Shown: in pieces, positions 51,861 to 61,884 of the stretch
Layout: each line of letters opens with the position of its first letter
Numbering within the stretch: position 1 is the stretch's first letter
Assembly: GCA_963752285.1 (NCBI GenBank)
Contig: CAVVXN010000005.1
Location: 288,001 to 352,000 of the forward strand
Direction of reading: 5' to 3'
DNA from: an uncultured Planctomycetota bacterium
GTDB taxonomy: Bacteria > Planctomycetota > PLA2 > JAEUHO01
DNA: 64,000 nt
Notes under the pieces: model-generated
What the model was told of the DNA's origin: nothing
Databases searched by the model: none
Seen by the model: only the letters and a program-made list of their open reading frames with translations
Position numbers and translations under genes: made by a program

Positions 51861-52814
51861 ATGGGAGTGGCCGTCCTGGCCGTCTGCGGCGCGGCCTGCG
51901 GGACGAGCGGGCGTGAGCAGCGGGCCGTGGAGTACTGGGTGAGCGCCTCGAGTGGCAGCGACTCGAACCCCGGCAGCTACACGTAGCCCTTCCGGACCAT
52001 CACCCACGCGCTCTCGGTCGTGAGCAACGGGCAGATCGTCACCGTCGCACCGGGGCTCTACGACGTGAAGAACGGCGAGACCTTCCCCCTGGTGGTGCCC
52101 CTCTACGTCACGTTGCAGGGCGACGTCGCCAACGCCGGCATGCCCGCCACCGGACAGCCGACCTTGATCCAGGGGTTCGGGCCGAGCGGGCTCTCGTCCC
52201 CGGACACCGCTACGCTGCGAGCGCTTGCCGGCGCGCGCATCGCGGGCTTCACCATCGTGAACCCCGAGGTGGTGAATGGTCCGGCCAATTCGATCGGGAT
52301 CCTGATCCGCGCTGCGTTCGTCGAGGTGGACTCGTGCACGATCACGAGGTGCACGGAGGGGATCCGCTTCTTCGGGAGCCCGAGCACCAGCGCCGTGCCC
52401 GTGGCATGCGTGGTGAAACGGAGCTACCTCGTGGGAGACCTGATCGGGATGAACGCGGACGTGTACAAGGCGACGGGCGTGCGCGTGGAGGAGAACCACT
52501 TCGAGGACTGCTACCGCGGGGCCCTGGCGGACGGCGCGGGCGTGGACTTCGGTGGCGGCCCGCAGGGCAGCAAGGGCCGGAACGTGTTCCGGTGCAACGA
52601 CGTGCACATCGTCGCGGCCGGAGCCCTGATCGGCGACGACCGAGTCGATCCGTACGTGCTCTGGGCCAGCAACAACCAGTGGGATCCCGCCCCTCCCCCC
52701 ATCGTTCCCGTCGTGTACGCGGGTCTCAGGCCGGAGACGGGCGAGGTCGGATACCTGGAGGGCGTGACCGTCGTCGTGTTCCCCGCCTTCTCGGCCGACC
52801 CTTGCCCGCCCTGA
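51861..52814 (+). pseudogene. DUF1565/beta-helix lipoprotein with an in-frame TAG at 51984-51986
   Basis: YWVSASSGSDSNPGSYT*PFRTITHAL...VAPGLYD...GETFPL, continuous in one frame. Confidence 0.75.
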
Positions 52815-53213
52815 TTCCGGTACCTGCCATCCGCGGGCGGACGGTGCCCGAGTCGACGGCCCGGGCGCCTACCCAGTCTCCATCGTCTCGTGCAGCACGG
52901 ACGCGGCAGCGGGTCCTCCGTGCGATCTCCTCTCGCTTCGACCGCTACGCTCGGCGCAGCTGGCCCGGTCCCTTCGTGACGGAGCGTGGCTTCCCGTCAC
53001 TTCGCGGTGGGAGCTGGCCCGCCTCCGTACTCCGAAGGACTCACCGAGGACCCACGCGGAGGGCGTCGTGCCGACAGCGCGAAGGTAGGGCCGACCGCAC
53101 GCGCTTCCAGGGTCTTGGTCCCGCTTTCCCGAACCGGGCCGTTCCGTTCGACCCGGGTTCGGGCAATACTCCCCGCGCTCGCTGGGGGAGGCCCGGCTGG
53201 GGGAGGTGCCCGG

Positions 53214-54473
53214 ATGTGGGGATTCCGAGGTCTTCGGGTCGGTGCCGTGGGGATCCTCTGGACCCTCGCGGCGGCTTGCGGGGGGGGCGGCGGCCACGCG
53301 AGTGCGACGCCCGCGAGCCGCATCACCGTGCTCGGCCACGTCGTCACGGAGCGTTCGAGGCCAGCGCCGTTCGTACCGGTGCTGATTGACGACCTCCCTC
53401 CCGTACTGACCGACGATCAGGGCGCATTCGCCATCTCCGGAGTGACGCCGCCCTACACCGCTACCGTCTTCGCGACGCTCGCCACCACGACCTACGTCGG
53501 TCTCACGCGATCGGATCCGACGCTCGTGCGCAGGACGTTCGAGAGGCCCAACCACGCCACCGTCGCGGGGACGATCGGCGGGGGTACGGGATACCCGGAG
53601 CCCAGCGACCACCGATCTTGGATGGCGGGCTGCATGGCCTACGGCGTCACGCTCCTGACGTCCATCAACCCCGCGACGGGGGCGTACTCGCTCCCGAGCA
53701 TGGACTGGGATGGTCCCGACGCGACCCAGGTGCGGATCCTCGCCTGCCAGTGCCAGACCGGCGTGGACATGCTGCCAGCCACCTTCACGGGCTTCGGCTC
53801 CTTGACCGTGGACCTGACCGATGGTGACAACCTGACGGGATACGACTTCGATCTGTCCCCGGTCGGCACGGCGGGGGTCAGCGGCACGTACACGCTGCCC
53901 GCCGGCTACTCGCTCGTGACCAAGAGCCCCGTAGTCATGGTCGATCAGCACGATCGCCTGTATCTCCAAGGCGACGTGAACGACGACGGGGCGATGGCCT
54001 TCAACGTCCCGGAGATTCCGGGCGCGACGTACGGGGCCGAGGTGGTGGGCGTGTCGCCGGAAGGCGGGACGACCACGGTGCGCACGCGCCGGTCGCCAGC
54101 AAACGTGGCGAACCTCACCTTCGCGCTCGACCTGGCGATCCAGCGCATCCTCCCGCAGGACCATGCGACGGGCGTCGACGAGAGCACCACGTTCTTCGTC
54201 GACGCACGGGATCAGGCGGTCTATCGATTCAGCTTCCAAGGAGGGAACGGCGAGCCCAGCATCTACGTGATCACCGACGACCCGGAGACCACGATCCCGG
54301 CGTTCGGGCCCTACGGGCTCCCGCTACCTCCGCTCGCGACCTACGACTGGTACGTCACCTCCTACGCGCCGTTTGCGGACATCGACGAGGCAGCCGGGCC
54401 GGACACCCTCGCCGCCCCGGACGTCGTGTCCGAAACCAGGACGGCACTCGCCGACTTCACGACCGCGCCCTGA
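53214..54473 (+). CDS. Lipoprotein, beta-rich (carboxypeptidase-regulatory/Ig-like domains)
   Basis: GGAGG RBS; LAAAC-GGGGG lipobox; TDDQGAFAI. Confidence 0.7.
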   Translation: MWGFRGLRVGAVGILWTLAAACGGGGGHASATPASRITVLGHVVTERSRPAPFVPVLIDDLPPVLTDDQGAFAISGVTPPYTATVFATLATTTYVGLTRSDPTLVRRTFERPNHATVAGTIGGGTGYPEPSDHRSWMAGCMAYGVTLLTSINPATGAYSLPSMDWDGPDATQVRILACQCQTGVDMLPATFTGFGSLTVDLTDGDNLTGYDFDLSPVGTAGVSGTYTLPAGYSLVTKSPVVMVDQHDRLYLQGDVNDDGAMAFNVPEIPGATYGAEVVGVSPEGGTTTVRTRRSPANVANLTFALDLAIQRILPQDHATGVDESTTFFVDARDQAVYRFSFQGGNGEPSIYVITDDPETTIPAFGPYGLPLPPLATYDWYVTSYAPFADIDEAAGPDTLAAPDVVSETRTALADFTTAP

Positions 54474-54567
54474 GCGGGACGTACGGAAGGTATAGGGGGA
54501 GCAGCCCGGATCCTGGTGAATACGAAACCCAGGGTTCCCGGCGGACGCCGGGGGAAGGGCTGCTCCC

Positions 54568-55617
54568 ATGACGAAGTACCACATCGGAGTCGACCTGCAC
54601 AAGACCGTGGTTCAGGTCTGCGTTCTGGACGCGGGAGGGAAGGTCGCGAAGGAGTTTCGAGCCTCCGTGGCGACCCGGGAGGAGGCGGACCGCTTCCTCG
54701 GCCGGCTGGAGTTGTGGGCGAAGAAGGGCCGATGCGCCGTCGAAGCGGTCGGGTGCAACCGCTGGTTCGTGAATGCCCTCACGGCGCGAGGATGCCCGTG
54801 GGTGGTGGTCCACCCGGGCGCGCTGGCCCTCAAGCGGGAGAAGCGCAAGACGGACCGACGGGATGCGGAGGAGATCGCCCGGCGGCTGTACCTGGGCGAC
54901 ATCGATCGCCACGGTCGGAGCTGCTTCGCCTCCGACAAGGAGTACGGCCGGCGCCAGCTGCTCCGCAGCCGCCAGGCGTTGATGCGGCGCCGGCAGGAGG
55001 TGATGAACCACATCCGCGCGATGCTCAACGCGGAGCTGATCCGGCCGCCGCAGCCCACCCTCACGAGCACGAAGACGTTGGCCTGGCTGCCCACCGTCGA
55101 GCTTTCCACCCCCGACCTGACCTTCACGCTCGGGATCTGGATCCAGGAGCTCGAGTCGGTGGTGGCGCGGATCGGCCAGCTCGATCGACACATCGCGACC
55201 CTGAAGGAGGAGCCCGACGTACGACCCCTGTGCGAGCTGCCGGAGGTGGCCGTGTACACGGCGAGCGTGATCCTCTACGAGTTGGGGGACCCGACGCGCT
55301 TTGGGCGCACGAGGGAGGTCGCGGCCTACGCCGGCGTGGCGCCCTCGATCAGCCAGTCCGGCGAGGGTCCGGGCCACACGGGCGCGATCACCAAGCGAGG
55401 AAGTCCCCACCTGCGCTGGATCCTGAGCCAGTGGGCGGTCCGCCTTCTGGCGCGCCACAAGACGGTGCAGCGCTGGGCGGCACGGCAGCGAGCGCGGAGC
55501 AAGAACAAGATTCGGCTGGCCTTGGCGCGGCGGCTGCTGGTGGGGACGTGGGTGATGCTGGCCCGAGGCGAGATCTTCGACCTCGAACGCTGCCTGGGGC
55601 TAAAGCCGGCAGCGTAG
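54568..55617 (+). CDS. IS110-family DEDD recombinase/transposase
   Basis: IGVDLHK, AVEA, KTDRRDA, AYAGVAPSISQSG and ITKRGSPHLRW. Confidence 0.95.
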   Translation: MTKYHIGVDLHKTVVQVCVLDAGGKVAKEFRASVATREEADRFLGRLELWAKKGRCAVEAVGCNRWFVNALTARGCPWVVVHPGALALKREKRKTDRRDAEEIARRLYLGDIDRHGRSCFASDKEYGRRQLLRSRQALMRRRQEVMNHIRAMLNAELIRPPQPTLTSTKTLAWLPTVELSTPDLTFTLGIWIQELESVVARIGQLDRHIATLKEEPDVRPLCELPEVAVYTASVILYELGDPTRFGRTREVAAYAGVAPSISQSGEGPGHTGAITKRGSPHLRWILSQWAVRLLARHKTVQRWAARQRARSKNKIRLALARRLLVGTWVMLARGEIFDLERCLGLKPAA

Positions 55618-55985
55618 GAGGGTGCAACGACGGGAGCGGAGGCGGTCTCCGTTCCGAGAGCAGGACTTCGGTTTCCAACGGGAGGCGTACTTCGACTGGC
55701 TCCGGGTCCACCAAGACCGAGTACCGAAGGAAGGCGTCCCCGACTACCCCCTCAGGAGGCCATCCCCGTGGGTGAGCTCGACGAAGCGACTGGACAGAAA
55801 CCGAAGCCCGTCTCGGGAGGAAAGAGCCCACGCTCCTGGGCGAAGGAAGGCGGCGGCCGCGGTGGCTCCGCCCAGGCCTACGCTCCACCGGGGGAGTGTT
55901 CCGCTCCGGCCTCGGCGGAGCCACCGGAGAGCGCCTCATGAGCTGAGCGCGAACGAGGACGACCATCACCCGGCTTCAGGCTTGA
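55618..55985 (+). ncRNA. Candidate bridge/seek RNA region
   Basis: Long 3' non-coding end containing CTGGCTCC (55696-55703) and GTACCGAAGG (55721-55730), which match the two flanks of the insertion site. Confidence 0.6.
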
Positions 55986-56112
55986 CTCCCCCAGAAGGGA
56001 GCCAGGCTCCTTGGCACCGTCCTACGATATGCGAGCCGTGCTGCGTACGCCCGTCGCGTGGCGCCGAGCGGAGGAGGGGCGCGCAGGGGGACCGCCTCCG
56101 CGGCTCCTCGGT

Positions 56113-56360
56113 TCACTCGGCGGTCGGCTGCTCGGACGCGCCAATCCGGAAGAACACGGCGTAGAGCGTGGGCACCACGACCAGCGTGAGGACGGTGGCG
56201 AGGGTGAGCCCCGCCATGATCGTCACGGCGAGGGAGACGAAGAACGCGCCCGGCCAGAGCGGGATCATCCCGAGCACCGTGGCCAGCGCGGCCGTGGCGA
56301 CCGGCCTGAGGCGGCTCAGCGAGGCCTCCACGAGAGCCTGGTAGCGCGGCTTGCCGCTGG
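56113..56360 (-). pseudogene. RND efflux permease (AcrB-type) C-terminal fragment
   Basis: EASLSRLRPVATAALATVLGMIPL...GLTLATVLTLVVVPTLY. Confidence 0.85.
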
Positions 56361-56568
56361 CGATTCGGCTACGGGTCCGCGCGCGGGAGCGGCGCTCGAC
56401 TACCGGCGCACCGCGGGATCGCTTCCACGCTCTTCCCGAGACCGACGTACGGGAGAGGGAGTCGGACGGACCGAGAGGTGACGATCGTCCCGACAGGGGA
56501 GCGGCGTGGATGTTGGCGTTGCGAGTCATTCTCCTCCCTGGTAGACGCTGGACGAGGGGGGTGCCACC

Positions 56569-58614
56569 ATGCCTTGTCGACGCGTCCTCGTGTCCGTCCT
56601 CGCCTGTGTCCTCACCGCGTGCGGGGGCTCCGGCCACAAGGAGACGCCCCGCTCCCCGCCGGGGGCGTTCCCCGTCCGCGGCCCCGTCGAAGTCACATCC
56701 GCTGCGCTCGATGCGCTCTTCGCGCAGCCGCCAGCCGACCCGGGAGGGCCAGACGAGAACGACGAGTGCGACGATGCGGTCGACTGCGACCCCGTCCCTG
56801 CACTGGTTGCACGTTCGAAGGGGAGCGGCGCCCTCGTTGCTCCCCTCGGGGGCGCGCAGGCCCTCGATCAGACGCCCCCCCTCACCGCGAACTGGGGGGG
56901 GCTCACCTCGGCCGCGTGGGCGGGGCTACCTCCGGATCCGCAGATCGCCGTCAGCACCACGCACGTGGTGATCACAATGACACGCTGGATCGCCTTCTAC
57001 ACGAAGGCGGGTTCGCTGCTCAAGAGCACTTCGTCCAGGACGTTCTTCGCTCCTCTCGGCCTGGACACGGGTGGCGCCGAAGGCATCGACATCTACAGCG
57101 ACATGCGTGTGGTGTTCGACGACTACCGGAAACGGTTCTGGGTCTGCTCGCTCGCCCGGAGCAACCTCACGAACGCGTCGCCACAACTCGATCCCGATCG
57201 CCGCCGCTCTCTCGTCACGGTGGCCGTCTCGAGGACGGAGGACCCGAACGACGGCTGGATCATGTACTGGTGGGACGCGGCGGTGGGATGGGGCGACTCG
57301 AGCAGCGACGTCTGGATTCCGGGAGACGTCGCCGACTACACGATGATCGGGATCGGTCCCGACGCCCTCCACGAGGTGCACAAGATCGGGAACCCGGAGG
57401 TCGACAACCTCACCCGCTACTGGCGTGTCACGATCGCAGACGCCGACGCGATGGCCGCGGGGAACCAGAGCATACAGGGTTCGTCCTACTGGGGGATGAA
57501 GAACCCCGACGGGAGCCGGGCCGGACTCGTCCAGCCGGTCGTGCACCACGGCCCGACCGGGCGGGCCTACTACGTCAGCAGGTCGGGATCCACCGACCTC
57601 GTCATCTGGGCGCTCACGGGCGCCCTGACGGCGAACCAGCGCCTGGAGAAGGCGTCCATTACGCTCAAGGAGTGGACCAACCCCTTGAACGCCCCGCAGC
57701 CGGGGTCCAGCCTCGGGATCGCCATGACGAACCTCGGCACGAGCCCGCTCAAGGCCGTCTTCCGCTGGCCGTACCTCTACCTTTGCACGATGGACGCCGC
57801 GGAGTCCGGGGGCGCGCTCACGACCGCGGTGCGCTACGTCCGGGTCCAGGTGGCCGACTTCCCGTCGCTCTCGACGGCCCCGTCCGACGGCTTCATCAGC
57901 CGCGTCTTCGGCGGCAGCGGTCCTGGGGACCCGCCGGGGAGCGAGGTCCACTGCGGATGGCCGGCGCTCGAGGTGAACCGCGATGGCGATACGGCCGTCG
58001 TCTACGCCCGATCCGGCACGGCGGTCTATCCGGAGGCCCGCTACAGCACGTACCTCGCCTCCGAGAGCGACATCCGCCCGAGCCGCATACTCCGAGCGGG
58101 CGAAGCAGCCTACGGCTACACCACGGACAAGGAGTCCTTGCGATGGGGCGATCTCGCGGGGGCCTCCGTGGACCCGAAGGATGCGACGAGCATCTGGATC
58201 GTCCACGAGTACGCGCGGGCCAGCGGCTCGTCGAACAACTGGGGCCTGTGGATCGGGAAGGTCTTCGGGCTGACCTATCTCGACTGGGGGCTCCCGGGAT
58301 TGACTCTCGACGGTGTGGACGGGACCGGCAAGACCTTCTCGTTCTCTGGCCGGCTCGCGAACGACGGCGACGGTGCCGGGCCTGCCGGTTTCGTGACCGT
58401 GGAGGTGCTGCACGACGGGATGACCTCGGAGGTCGGCACGATCAAGTTCCCGGCCCTCGATCCCGGTGGCAGCTGGCCGTTCCACGAGACGATGCCCCTG
58501 CCCGACGGAATCACGTCGGGCGCGCACCTCTTGCGACTCACCGTCACCTCGAGCGGTCCGGAGGAATACACGGACAAGAACAACTCGGCGGAAGTGACCC
58601 TGCCGGTCCCCTGA
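56569..58614 (+). CDS. Lipoprotein with beta-propeller-like body and C-terminal CARDB-like domain
   Basis: LTAC lipobox; PPDPQIAV, RWGDL...VDP and EEYTDKNN motifs. Confidence 0.75.
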   Translation: MPCRRVLVSVLACVLTACGGSGHKETPRSPPGAFPVRGPVEVTSAALDALFAQPPADPGGPDENDECDDAVDCDPVPALVARSKGSGALVAPLGGAQALDQTPPLTANWGGLTSAAWAGLPPDPQIAVSTTHVVITMTRWIAFYTKAGSLLKSTSSRTFFAPLGLDTGGAEGIDIYSDMRVVFDDYRKRFWVCSLARSNLTNASPQLDPDRRRSLVTVAVSRTEDPNDGWIMYWWDAAVGWGDSSSDVWIPGDVADYTMIGIGPDALHEVHKIGNPEVDNLTRYWRVTIADADAMAAGNQSIQGSSYWGMKNPDGSRAGLVQPVVHHGPTGRAYYVSRSGSTDLVIWALTGALTANQRLEKASITLKEWTNPLNAPQPGSSLGIAMTNLGTSPLKAVFRWPYLYLCTMDAAESGGALTTAVRYVRVQVADFPSLSTAPSDGFISRVFGGSGPGDPPGSEVHCGWPALEVNRDGDTAVVYARSGTAVYPEARYSTYLASESDIRPSRILRAGEAAYGYTTDKESLRWGDLAGASVDPKDATSIWIVHEYARASGSSNNWGLWIGKVFGLTYLDWGLPGLTLDGVDGTGKTFSFSGRLANDGDGAGPAGFVTVEVLHDGMTSEVGTIKFPALDPGGSWPFHETMPLPDGITSGAHLLRLTVTSSGPEEYTDKNNSAEVTLPVP

Positions 58615-58726
58615 GGGCGACGCGCCCCCAACCCCCTTCGCCCGTCACCTCTCCCTGGTCGGCGCGGGAGGTGCCGTGCGGAGCTTGGCTCCTTACGTCT
58701 CGCTGTAAGCGCCCAGGGGGTGGAGA

Positions 58727-59166
58727 GCCTGAAATCGGCGGCAGCTCGCCGAAACCGCCGCCGCGTGCTGATCTGATCGATCGCTTGAAGGCGTGGGCGC
58801 GTGATGCGACGCCCGCCGAGAGGGAAGCTGCACGGAAACTACGGACGCAGTACCACACCCGAGTCGAGAAGGAGGTTGGTGACCTACAGGACGCTCTGCG
58901 GAGACAGGGCGCTGGCCTCGATGAGTATGCCGAGAAGTCATTCAATGCGCGTCAGGGACTTCGCTCTGCCGAGCGCGAGTACGTTCCCAAGGATCTGAGA
59001 CCCGCCTTTGACGCCAGCGACGCTCGGACTCCGACGTCGTTCGAGGGAATGGTGTCAAGGTAATGCGTGACCAGGGTGGGACCCGGGAGCAGGCGCTGCG
59101 GACAATCGCCGAGAAGGCCCGCACCGGATTCAACAAAGACGTTGACGACGTGATCTTCGGGAGATG
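58727..59166 (+). pseudogene. Startless polymorphic-toxin C-terminal fragment (frameshift near 59060)
   Basis: Frame is open through the TIR; helical ...RKLRTQYH...LDEYAEKSFNARQ...PTSFEGM / ...EQALRTIAEKARTGFNKDVD; coupled to a small downstream gene. Confidence 0.55.
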
Positions 59167-59385
59167 ATGGACACCATGAGCAACTACGAGTGGCTGCTTC
59201 AGACACGGATCGCCTGGACCCGCACCGGGAACCAGAAGTTTCCGTTCCGCGCCCAACACGGGTCGATCAAGCTCGAGTTGTACAGCGGCGACTGGCCGAG
59301 CGAGAATCCGTATACGCTCTACGTCAACGGCGCACCGGCGTTCGGACTCGGGGATCTTCCGGCGAACTGGTCGATTCCTGAATAG
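59164..59385 (+). CDS. Small putative immunity protein
   Basis: W-x2-TG-x3-FPF-x-A...DWPSENPYTLYVNG...DLPANW pattern; overlaps the toxin stop. Confidence 0.6.
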   Translation: MMDTMSNYEWLLQTRIAWTRTGNQKFPFRAQHGSIKLELYSGDWPSENPYTLYVNGAPAFGLGDLPANWSIPE

Positions 59386-59390
59386 CGCGA

Positions 59391-59496
59391 TCAGAACGCA
59401 CCGCTAGTAGGAAGCAGAGACGGGGCACGCGCCCGGGCAAGTCGAGCGCGAATGGACTCCACCAGAAAGTCGAGGATCGACCGCCACTGTGCCCGA
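59391..59496 (-). pseudogene. C-terminal remnant of a related IS66 transposase
   Basis: RAQWRSILDFLVESIRARLARARAPSLLPTSGAF* aligns with RAQGRSILEFLVATVQARLVGGKRPSLLPAV* at 60275. Confidence 0.85.
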
Positions 59497-59539
59497 GTAA
59501 GCGCCCAGGGGGTTCCGGGGCGCGCCTCGGCCCGCGACT

Positions 59540-59954
59540 GGGTTCGATCACGCGAGCGGAAGTCAAGTCGCACTTAGAGTCGCGGTTCCCGAAGCGCATG
59601 GGTGAATCCGTCGCCGACTACGAGCAGAGGATCGGCAATCACATGCGTTCCATTGACTGGTCCAAGCCCGTGGAACGGGTAGAACTTCCAGCCGGGGAGC
59701 GCATTGACATTTGGGTTCGCGATGGCGGCGTCCCGGGTGCCTATGGGACAACTCCTGGTACGAAGAGTGGACTGTGGATGGACACGGCTGGTAGACACGT
59801 TGAGAGCTTCGAGCTTCGAGAGCCAACGGTCGTCCTACGCACCACGGCAGCAGACTTTCCCGCGGGGCTCTATCCGGGAGTTGGTGGCCCCGGCGGCGCG
59901 ACTCAGTATGTTCTCCCAGAGAACTTCCTGCAGGGCGCTCGGAGGATTCCATGA
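59540..59954 (+). CDS. Ntox46 (Tse6-like NAD(P)+ glycohydrolase) toxin domain, orphan tip; internal ATG at 59598
   Basis: HMRSIDWSKPVERVELPAG...PGAY...VLRTTAA...GGATQY matches the Ntox46 pattern as I recall it. Confidence 0.72.
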
Positions 59955-60265
59955 CACGGGATGAGATGCTGTCCGAGATCGCGGGTGCCTTCGACGTGAT
60001 CGCCGTGGCGAGCAAGCGCTTTCCGGCTGATCCGGCCCTCCGGGACTCCAGCCGCATGCTCGCGGATCTTCGCGATCGAGTGCGAGCCCAATGGCCGCTT
60101 CCGAGGGCCGAGGCTCAGGCGGTCAATATCGGTCTGTTCGCCGTGCGAAATCTAGAGCCGGACATGCCGAACGTCGTGACAGCCCTTGTACGGGTCGAGA
60201 GACTGCTTCAATCGGGCGGCGAGGGCCAGCCCGGCAGCAATCCGAGGTTTCCACCGCAATTCTGA
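59951..60265 (+). CDS. Tsi6-like immunity protein
   Basis: Small helical protein with VNIGLFAVRNLE motif; ATGA overlap with the Ntox46 gene. Confidence 0.7.
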   Translation: MTRDEMLSEIAGAFDVIAVASKRFPADPALRDSSRMLADLRDRVRAQWPLPRAEAQAVNIGLFAVRNLEPDMPNVVTALVRVERLLQSGGEGQPGSNPRFPPQF

Positions 60266-60274
60266 TGAATCAGA

Positions 60275-61745
60275 TCAAACTGCTGGCAGCAGCGAAGGAC
60301 GCTTCCCGCCGACAAGCCGCGCTTGTACTGTCGCCACCAGGAACTCAAGGATCGATCGACCCTGCGCCCGGAGGCTCTCGCAAACCGTGAGCATCCGCTC
60401 GACGAAGCGCGAGCCCCATCGGCTCGCCGACCCGAACGAGGTCTTCCGCCAGAGGACGGCCTTCCGGACGGCGCGCTCGGCGGCGTTGTTCGTCGGCTCG
60501 ACACCCTCGACGCGGGCGAACGTCCAGAGCGCCGCTCCGTACTCGCGGAGGTCCTTCGCGATCTTGCGCGCCGCCGGGACGGAGCTGTTGATGTGCCGTG
60601 CGAGCAGGTGCTTCAGCCGGAGCCGAAGCGGCGCGAGCCGTCGTCGGAGTCCTCGGCGGGTGAGTTGCCCGTCGCGGACGCGGTACCACTCCTTGAAGAC
60701 CGCCTTGACGATCTTCTGTCCGGCCCGTCCCAGGCTCCTCGCCTTGCCTCCGCGCTCTTCGAGTCCTCGGAAGTTCCGAAGCAGGTGCGCCCAGCACAAC
60801 TGGCGTTTTCGGATTGCGTGCGCCCGGTACACCGAGAAGCGGTCCGACCCGAGGATGCCGTCGAAGTTGAAGAGCAGTCGCCGGAACGCCTCGCGGTTTC
60901 TCCGCCGGTCGATCCGGAAGACCTTCAACTTCGGCGTCACCGCGGCCCAGAGCCACGCGAGCCTGTTCTACTGCCGCCAGGAGGTCTCGTCGCAGTTGAC
61001 GAAGTCGGCGTTCTGGATCGCGTCGAGAGCCTCGTCGTACGCGGGACGCAGCGCCTTGCTCGTTCGCCGCTCCAGCGTCGCCGACCGTTCCGAGCGACAC
61101 GTCGGCCTTCTTGCCGAAGAGCTCGGCCATGACCTCGCGGGCTTCGCGGCGCGTGATCCGGCAGCGGCCGGTCAGGAGCGCGATGATCGCCTGGAAGCGG
61201 ACGCCCGACGCAGCCGGTCGGGACGCCCTCGGGGAGGTCCGCCGTCGTCGTGTGCCCGCAACCCGGGCACTTGGACTCATGGAGCACGTAGTCGGTGACC
61301 TCGGCGACGACGGGCGGGATCTCGACGACCTGGTGATGGCGAGACCTCGCCCGTCGTATCCTTCTCTCCGAGATGCCGACCGCAGTTCCCGCAGCTCTGT
61401 TGGAAGCACCGGGACATTCGTGATCGACGTCCTCGGGCGGGAACGGCGTCGCGCGTCTTTCCCTTGTGCCCGGGCTGCGCTCCCGAGGGACGCCCGGACG
61501 GCTTCTGACTGCGCCGCTCCTCTCCACGGCTTGTCCGACGACGGCGGCTTCGACGAGTTCGTCGAGTCGGCATTCAGCCGGGCAGTCAGTTCGCGGACCT
61601 TCTCCTTGAGGAGGGCGTTGTCCTGACGGAGCCGCCGATTCTCACGGAACAACTTGAAGCGGGCTGCTTCGACGTGCCGGAGCCGGGTCTCGAGTTGCTC
61701 GATCCGAGCAAGGAGGGACGCGACGAGCTCCTCGGAGATTCGCAC
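60275..61745 (-). pseudogene. IS66-family single-ORF transposase, frameshifted
   Basis: LNADSTNSSKPPSSD, SDRFSVY, QLCWAHLLRNF and EPTNNAAERAVRKAVLWRK across several frames. Confidence 0.9.
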
Positions 61746-61884
61746 GCAGGCGATAGATCGGCTCGCTCGGGGTCAATCTCCACCCCCTGGGCGGTTACGT
61801 CTCGCTTTGTGCGCCCAGGTTGACACGGAGGCGATCCTCGGCGAGCCTACGGGTGCCCGTTCCCTGCCGTTCGAGGAGAGCACC

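Larger units (their letters stand above)
54486..55998 (+). mobile_element. IS110-family (IS1111-type) element
   Basis: GAAGG at both boundaries; sub-terminal IR-like GGGGGAG.../...CTCCCCC; short left end and ~380-nt right end. Confidence 0.7.
58705..61798 (-). mobile_element. IS66-family (single-ORF type) nested element carrying two toxin/immunity passenger cassettes; 8-bp TSD GTCTCGCT
   Basis: TIRs GTAAGCGCCCAGGGGGTGGAGA (58705) and reverse-complement GTAACCGCCCAGGGGGTGGAGA (61777-61798), 21/22 identical; TSD at 58697-58704 and 61799-61806; internal TIR at 59497. Confidence 0.9.

Noticed and set aside
51984..51986. In-frame TAG in the DUF1565 gene as stop-codon recoding (pyrrolysine or alternative code)
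   Set aside because: TAG ends ordinary genes here (e.g. encapsulin, IS110 transposase) and no pyl genes are seen; a nonsense mutation or sequencing error is simpler.
55982..55998. TTGACT at the IS110 right end forming a junction promoter with left-end TATAGG
   Set aside because: Spacing in the predicted circle is only 11 bp, too short for a sigma70 promoter.
58693..58696. TTAC before the left TSD as the end of another IS66
   Set aside because: I found no matching TIR or transposase upstream; a 4-bp match is insufficient.
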